Positions 61,409 to 64,000 of a DNA stretch of 64,000 bases are shown one piece after another (position 1 is the first letter of the stretch; each line of letters starts with the position of its first letter). A program made the translations under genes and the position numbers. This DNA comes from Oscillospiraceae bacterium. Lineage in GTDB: Bacteria; Bacillota; Clostridia; Monoglobales; WRAG01. Under the pieces are notes generated by a model. It was given only the letters and a program-made list of their open reading frames with translations. It did no database searches and was not told the DNA's origin. Where the stretch lies: the NCBI GenBank assembly GCA_009780345.1, contig WRAG01000010.1, forward strand, positions 251 to 64,250, read 5' to 3'.

Positions 61409-61493
61409 AGCGTGTCAATGGCAATGTAGTCTTTATGTTATTATCTTAACCCTTGACACGCAGCAAGCGAATTTTTGTTTGGTTTTATATAAT
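61409..61493 (+). repeat. ~80-bp repeat B (partner of 59898..59978)
   Basis: gcgtgtcaatgg .. cccttgacacgc, then agcaagcgaatttttgtttggttttat. Confidence 0.75.
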
Positions 61494-61498
61494 GACAT

Positions 61499-61531
61499 AG
61501 AAATACCGCAAGCCTATGCTTGCGGTATTTC
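61499..61531 (-). terminator. Terminator downstream of tRNA-Leu
   Basis: aaataccgcaagc-ctat-gcttgcggtattt. Confidence 0.75.
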
Positions 61532-61585
61532 TATAACTATTGCAAAACAATCACCGACTATAAAATGGTTCGTTTTACAATGATT

Positions 61586-61669
61586 TGGTGCGGGCGAAAG
61601 GACTTGAACCTTCACGTCAAAGACACTAGATCCTAAGTCTAGCGCGTCTGCCAATTCCGCCACGCCCGC
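61586..61669 (-). tRNA. tRNA-Leu (anticodon TAG), class II with a long variable arm
   Basis: Reverse complement gcgggcg..ctaga-CTTAGGA-tctag..gaaggttcaagtccttt-cgcccgc-a-cca. Confidence 0.9.
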
Positions 61670-61680
61670 ATGCCTTTCGT

Positions 61681-61710
61681 ATTATACTACAACAATCATT
61701 TCTTTGTCAA
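61681..61710 (-). promoter_or_regulatory. Promoter of tRNA-Leu
   Basis: On the minus strand: TTGACA (61705-61710), 18-nt spacer, TATAAT (61681-61686). It lies 11 nt before the tRNA 5' end. Confidence 0.7.
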
Positions 61711-61825
61711 GCGTTTTTTTGCACTTTTTTCATACTTTATAATTTTTCATAATCTCTGCGGAACTTTTTCATGTTTTTATCGTCTAACATTAATAAGATA
61801 TAAAATTTAGGGGAGGGATTTTTTT

Positions 61826-63424
61826 TTGAAAAAAGTGCTTACCATGTTTATCGCTTTTATGGTTTTATTTTCAAGCTTTGCGCTCATTGCGCAAGCGAAT
61901 ACCAACAACCCCGTGAACGCTGAAACGCACTACGGAATCATAGTTCGTGTAGACCTAAGCAGACACGCGCCGCCGGTGTTAATTGATATCGAGGACGAAG
62001 ACGGCAACTTACACATCCACAGGCTTGCCGACGTTTTTATACTCGACGCCGGCGGTAGAGGGAATCGTCATATGGTTTACACAGATTACGACGTATGGGG
62101 ACCCGTTTACGACGTGCGTGACTTTGAGAACCTGCTTGTCAGATATAGAGTTACAAACATCGGCGCAAGCGGCATTGGTACAATCGACTTAATCGAGCTT
62201 ATCGACCCGCTCCCGCCGGGAAGAAGTATTCGGCCTATTATAAACTATCGGGCAAGCGGATGGAGCATTAGAACGTCAGAGGACGAGCCTATTATAACAA
62301 TTAACCATGCTTATGACGAAAGAATTATTCATCACCGTGACGGATTTTCGTTTGAAGATTATTTTTTAGTTGCTATAAGAAGAAACGGGCTGCATTTGAC
62401 TTCGGCGCGTGATATTGGCGAATTTATAGATATTATATTAGATCGCCGTGTAGGTTTCTACGTCGGTCCGCTTTGGCCCGGACCACCACCGCCGCCGCTT
62501 TTTGTTATCGAAATTCCACGCGCGTTTGAGAACAGCTATATTTGGGTGGAAATAAACGGCGACCGTCGCCCAATCGTATCGCCGCCCGGACCAAAGCCGC
62601 CTCCGCCGCAACCGCAACCGCCGCCCGAGCCGTATCCCGATATAATCGACCGTGTAATCTTCGCCTCGCCTTATGATTGGCAGGTTAACAACCTAAATAT
62701 TCAAGACGCCAACTGGGGTTTAAACGCCGTCAGAATTCACTCGGCAACCGATGTGAGAATCACCCCAAGACGCACCGAGTTTTCGTTTGACGACTACTTT
62801 TTGGTGATTATCAGCGGTTGGGACACAAGCACAGCGTCGATAACAAGCCTTTACGCAATTCGCGACAGCGGATACGAACTAAATTTCGAGCTAATAACCG
62901 AGCACGCCGCTGACCCGGGCGGAGCCGTTATGGTTCCGTGGTTTAAGATGATTGAAATTCCGGTAGAATTCTTGGATAGAGATATCGTCATGGGCGATAT
63001 AAGAATTCCGGGCATTTCGTTGCCCGAACCTGCGCCAACACCGCCAAACAACAGCGAAATCCGCGTTTTGCTAAACGGAACGCCGATAGAATTTGACGTT
63101 CCGCCGCAAATCATCGACAACCGAACTATGGTTCCGTTCCGCGCGATATTCGAGGCGTTGGGATTTGATGTTGAATGGGACGGAGAGGAACAAAGCATTT
63201 TTGTGCCACAAAGACACGGAGCTATTAAACTGTGGATTGATAGTAATGTTATGATGATATGGCGCGATTTTGCTGAGGTCTATGAAGAAAAAATCACACT
63301 TGATGTTCCACCGATGATTGTGGATAATCGCGCACTCGTACCGCTCCGGGCTGTTTCGGAAGCGATAAATGCCGAAGTTGAGTGGGACGAGGATACGCGA
63401 ACTGTATCAATAACCCAAAATTAA
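61826..63424 (+). CDS. Secreted protein with two repeated N-terminal modules, poly-Pro linkers and two C-terminal copper-amine-oxidase-N-like stalk domains
   Basis: RBS GGGAGGG, T9 tract, TTG start. Signal peptide MKKVLTMFIAFMVLFSSFALIAQA. FSFEDYFLVAI and FSFDDYFLVII modules. PGPPPPPL and PGPKPPPPQPQPPPEP linkers. IRVLLNGTPIEFDVPPQIIDNRTMVPFRAIFEALGFDVEWD and ITLDVPPMIVDNRALVPLRAVSEAINAEVEWD. Confidence 0.8.
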   Translation: MKKVLTMFIAFMVLFSSFALIAQANTNNPVNAETHYGIIVRVDLSRHAPPVLIDIEDEDGNLHIHRLADVFILDAGGRGNRHMVYTDYDVWGPVYDVRDFENLLVRYRVTNIGASGIGTIDLIELIDPLPPGRSIRPIINYRASGWSIRTSEDEPIITINHAYDERIIHHRDGFSFEDYFLVAIRRNGLHLTSARDIGEFIDIILDRRVGFYVGPLWPGPPPPPLFVIEIPRAFENSYIWVEINGDRRPIVSPPGPKPPPPQPQPPPEPYPDIIDRVIFASPYDWQVNNLNIQDANWGLNAVRIHSATDVRITPRRTEFSFDDYFLVIISGWDTSTASITSLYAIRDSGYELNFELITEHAADPGGAVMVPWFKMIEIPVEFLDRDIVMGDIRIPGISLPEPAPTPPNNSEIRVLLNGTPIEFDVPPQIIDNRTMVPFRAIFEALGFDVEWDGEEQSIFVPQRHGAIKLWIDSNVMMIWRDFAEVYEEKITLDVPPMIVDNRALVPLRAVSEAINAEVEWDEDTRTVSITQN

Positions 63425-63431
63425 CTTTTTC

Positions 63432-63460
63432 TTGACAATTTTAAGCGAATATGGTACGCT
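63432..63460 (+). promoter_or_regulatory. Candidate promoter of the terminal non-coding leader
   Basis: TTGACA, 17-nt spacer, TACGCT (TAnnnT retained). Confidence 0.4.
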
Positions 63461-63494
63461 TAATGCATAATTAGAATGTGTCACGCGCCGAATT

Positions 63495-63720
63495 AGTCAG
63501 GCGCAGTCGCGGAATAGGGTGAAAATCCCTGCGAACAGGTCACTGTGAAGCGGTACGGTTGGATATTCAACCGGCGTTTGCAAAAATTTTGATGTATATT
63601 GTTCAAAAATGGACGGGAGCGTGTATGAGTATACCCGATCGAACATTTTAGGACAATAGACACAAAATTTAAAAACGCAAAGCCGATAAGTCAGATACGC
63701 TGTGACATATCCCTTGCTTT
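63495..63720 (+). ncRNA. Candidate cobalamin-riboswitch-like element (tentative)
   Basis: Core GGAATAGGGTGAAAATCCCTGCGAACAGGTCACTGTGAAGCGG (63511-63553) resembles the GGGAA-nnn-GGTGAAAATCC..ACTGTGA..CGG consensus. The B12-box-like AAGTCAGATACGCTGTG (63688-63703) is imperfect. No ORF longer than 16 aa is present on this strand. Confidence 0.35.
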
Positions 63721-63786
63721 CCCGGGCGGAGCAATGTGTGGCGTGCTGACATTTTCGTTATTCTTTGAATAACTTTTGCGCATATT

Positions 63787-63819
63787 AAAACACGTTTCGT
63801 CTAACGAAGCGTGTTTTTT
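63787..63819 (+). terminator. Rho-independent terminator, a possible expression platform
   Basis: aaacacgtttcgt-cta-acgaagcgtgttt followed by TTTTTT. Confidence 0.65.
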
Positions 63820-64000
63820 GATTTCACAAATTTTCGGCAGATGGCTGTGGATTTTCGGGAATACGGTAGATTGTTTCCGATCAAACATCGCCACAAAACG
63901 GCTCGTTTTCTCGGACAATCCTCAAGGACGTGGCATTAGCAAAATTATACTGAGGTTCCAAATCTTCGATTTGGCTAAACCGAAGGATACCTTTAGTGTG

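Larger units (their letters stand above)
52000..61495. mobile_element. Integrative mobilizable element (~9.5 kb) with approximate boundaries: large serine recombinase + MobV relaxase + oriT + cargo
   Basis: Visibly AT-rich relative to the flanks. A recombinase sits at the left end, and a relaxase with an oriT-like inverted repeat is present. It lies between the promoter of the 2079-aa gene and the terminator of tRNA-Leu. The gene complement recalls Tn4451-type mobilizable transposons (TnpX serine recombinase + TnpZ Mob/Pre). Confidence 0.7.

Noticed and set aside
63691-63918. A 75-aa minus-strand ORF in the terminal non-coding region.
   Set aside because: It has no RBS and an odd composition. 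It spans the hairpin terminator and lies antisense to the candidate leader RNA, so it is most likely spurious.

Overview
This 64-kb window looks like a chromosomal segment of a low-GC Gram-positive, Clostridia-like anaerobe, judged from GGAGG ribosome-binding sites, SLH-anchored proteins, a class B sortase and corrinoid methyltransferases. All calls come from reading the sequence and ORF translations by eye; no searches were run.

Layout:
- 0.1-4.2 kb: a secreted three-module surface protein.
- 4.3-7 kb: tRNA-Gln, a lipoprotein and putP.
- 7-12 kb: a methanol:corrinoid methyltransferase cluster (mtaB, mtaC, a COG0523/CobW GTPase). It is divergent from a P1B-ATPase derivative that keeps only the membrane domain.
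- 12-19 kb: GNAT, MFS, and a secreted-protein/ABC/two-component operon.
- 19.5-22.5 kb: sortase B and an ABC-F ATPase.
- 22.6-51.9 kb: a ~29-kb island of giant secreted, mostly SLH-anchored proteins, interrupted by one ABC importer.
- 52-61.5 kb: an AT-rich integrative mobilizable element carrying a large serine recombinase, a MobV relaxase, a candidate oriT and cargo genes. It lies next to tRNA-Leu.
- 61.8-63.4 kb: a secreted stalk-domain protein.
- 63.4-64 kb: a non-coding leader with cobalamin-riboswitch-like cores.

Best candidate for a new system: the three-gene operon at 31370..39372. It combines five cohesin-like modules, one internal dockerin-like module and an SLH anchor, with no carbohydrate-active enzymes nearby. 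This suggests a cellulosome-style docking system reused for cell-surface architecture.

Other notable items:
- A 191-bp highly structured MITE-like repeat in three copies, with compensatory stem substitutions.
- The domain-deleted P1B-ATPase.
- Structured direct repeats bracketing two modules inside the mobile element.
- A ~1.1-kb near-identical duplication inside a 2079-aa gene.

No CRISPR array or rRNA was seen.
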